This document shows, piece after piece, positions 60,578-61,285 of a DNA stretch of 61,285 nt. The number at the start of each line of letters is the position of its first letter. Within the stretch, counting starts at the first letter, position 1. The stretch lies in assembly GCA_964594945.1 (NCBI GenBank), contig CAZQOD010000001.1, positions 1-61,285 on the forward strand, written 5' to 3'. A program made the translations under genes and the position numbers. The notes beneath the pieces were generated by a model. That model was not told the DNA's origin, did no database searches, and saw nothing but the letters and a program-made list of their open reading frames with translations. The DNA is from an uncultured Desulfopila sp. GTDB taxonomy: Bacteria > Desulfobacterota > Desulfobulbia > Desulfobulbales > Desulfocapsaceae.

Positions 60578-61285
60578 TGTCTTTCACATTTTTTCAAAAA
60601 AAACAGCACGACCACATAATTGATATCGAAGACTGCGCCCGCCTACAAACATAGTTTTTTTCAAAAACACCAAAAGAGTCGAACAAAATATATTATCTGA
60701 CAAGCTCCTAGACGATCCTGTGCATTTCTTACATTCAAGTAACGACGGAAGAATCGTACATTCGCAAAATTTTCCATAAAAGACAAGAAAAGAATTTAAA
60801 CGAGAAAAAAAATAAACCAGCTTCCACTCCCAACAATTAATGCCTGTAAATAAAATAGTATGACCCAAGGCATGAAATCATCACGATTATTGCAACAAAA
60901 ACAAAACTACTACAGACATATCACATTGTTTTTTTAAGTAATATTTAGCAAATAGGCAGAAAAACAAATAGCCTGAAATAACATTACATCTAAATTTTAT
61001 ATAGCCTGTGCAGTGGAAACAAGGTACAATCCTGCCCCATAAAACCTTGATTAGTTAGGAAATAGTGCTGAAAATAAGTATTGAAACATTCTTTAAGAAC
61101 AATACTTAAGACGTTCCTTAAATTTTTACCATGTAAGACAAAAAACATACCGCTGGCAATATCCAGTTATCCACGCGCGATAGAACCATTATAACCTAAC
61201 GCAGACAGGCTGCAAGTAATTGCCTTATTGCTGTTATGAACCCGTTAAGTTGAACATTACTTTTATTTTCTTGTTTTTCTTTACA

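Noticed and set aside
60584-61285. 94-aa ORF and a possible ops/JUMPstart element upstream of pglC
   Set aside because: The ORF has no RBS or motifs in low-complexity AT-rich DNA, and the GGCGGGCG sequence does not match the ops consensus GGCGGTAG.

Overview
Chromosomal segment of an anaerobic, probably Desulfobacterota-type bacterium (inferred from gene content only), in four blocks. (1) 1-16.5 kb: a complete minus-strand type II secretion operon (gspF-[CFI-box-CTERM/delta-60 surface protein]-gspG-H-I-J-K-L-M-N-C-D-E), followed by a radical SAM gene and a YdgA-like gene. (2) 16.8-26.8 kb: a hydrogenase/heterodisulfide-reductase operon (protease, HTH-HdrD fusion, hdrA, mvhD, mvhG, mvhA, small Cys protein, divergent hypD). 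Four of its genes are broken in the ORF track by in-frame TGA codons at conserved Cys positions, each followed by a SECIS-like hairpin, so they are read here as four selenoproteins, including a [NiFeSe] Mvh and a DNA-binding-domain-fused HdrD. (3) 28.4-56.5 kb: a putative hydroxyaromatic catabolic island with two different pyrogallol-transhydroxylase-family molybdoenzymes (large and small subunits), an MhpB-type dioxygenase, FAH, BKACE, SnoaL, two cyclase-family paralogs, TRAP and MFS transporters, Mo/Fe-S accessory genes, a GntR and a sigma-54 activator. A recurring operator (TTGCATGTAAT) at or near five promoters ties the island together. (4) 56.5-60.6 kb: pglF/E/C-like sugar genes. Intergenic DNA holds three copies of a ~118-bp TA-flanked MITE-like element, one of which supplies a stop codon and an RBS to its neighbours, plus remnants of two other palindromic families. 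No rRNA, tRNA, CRISPR array or transposase was seen. All calls are by eye; no searches were run.
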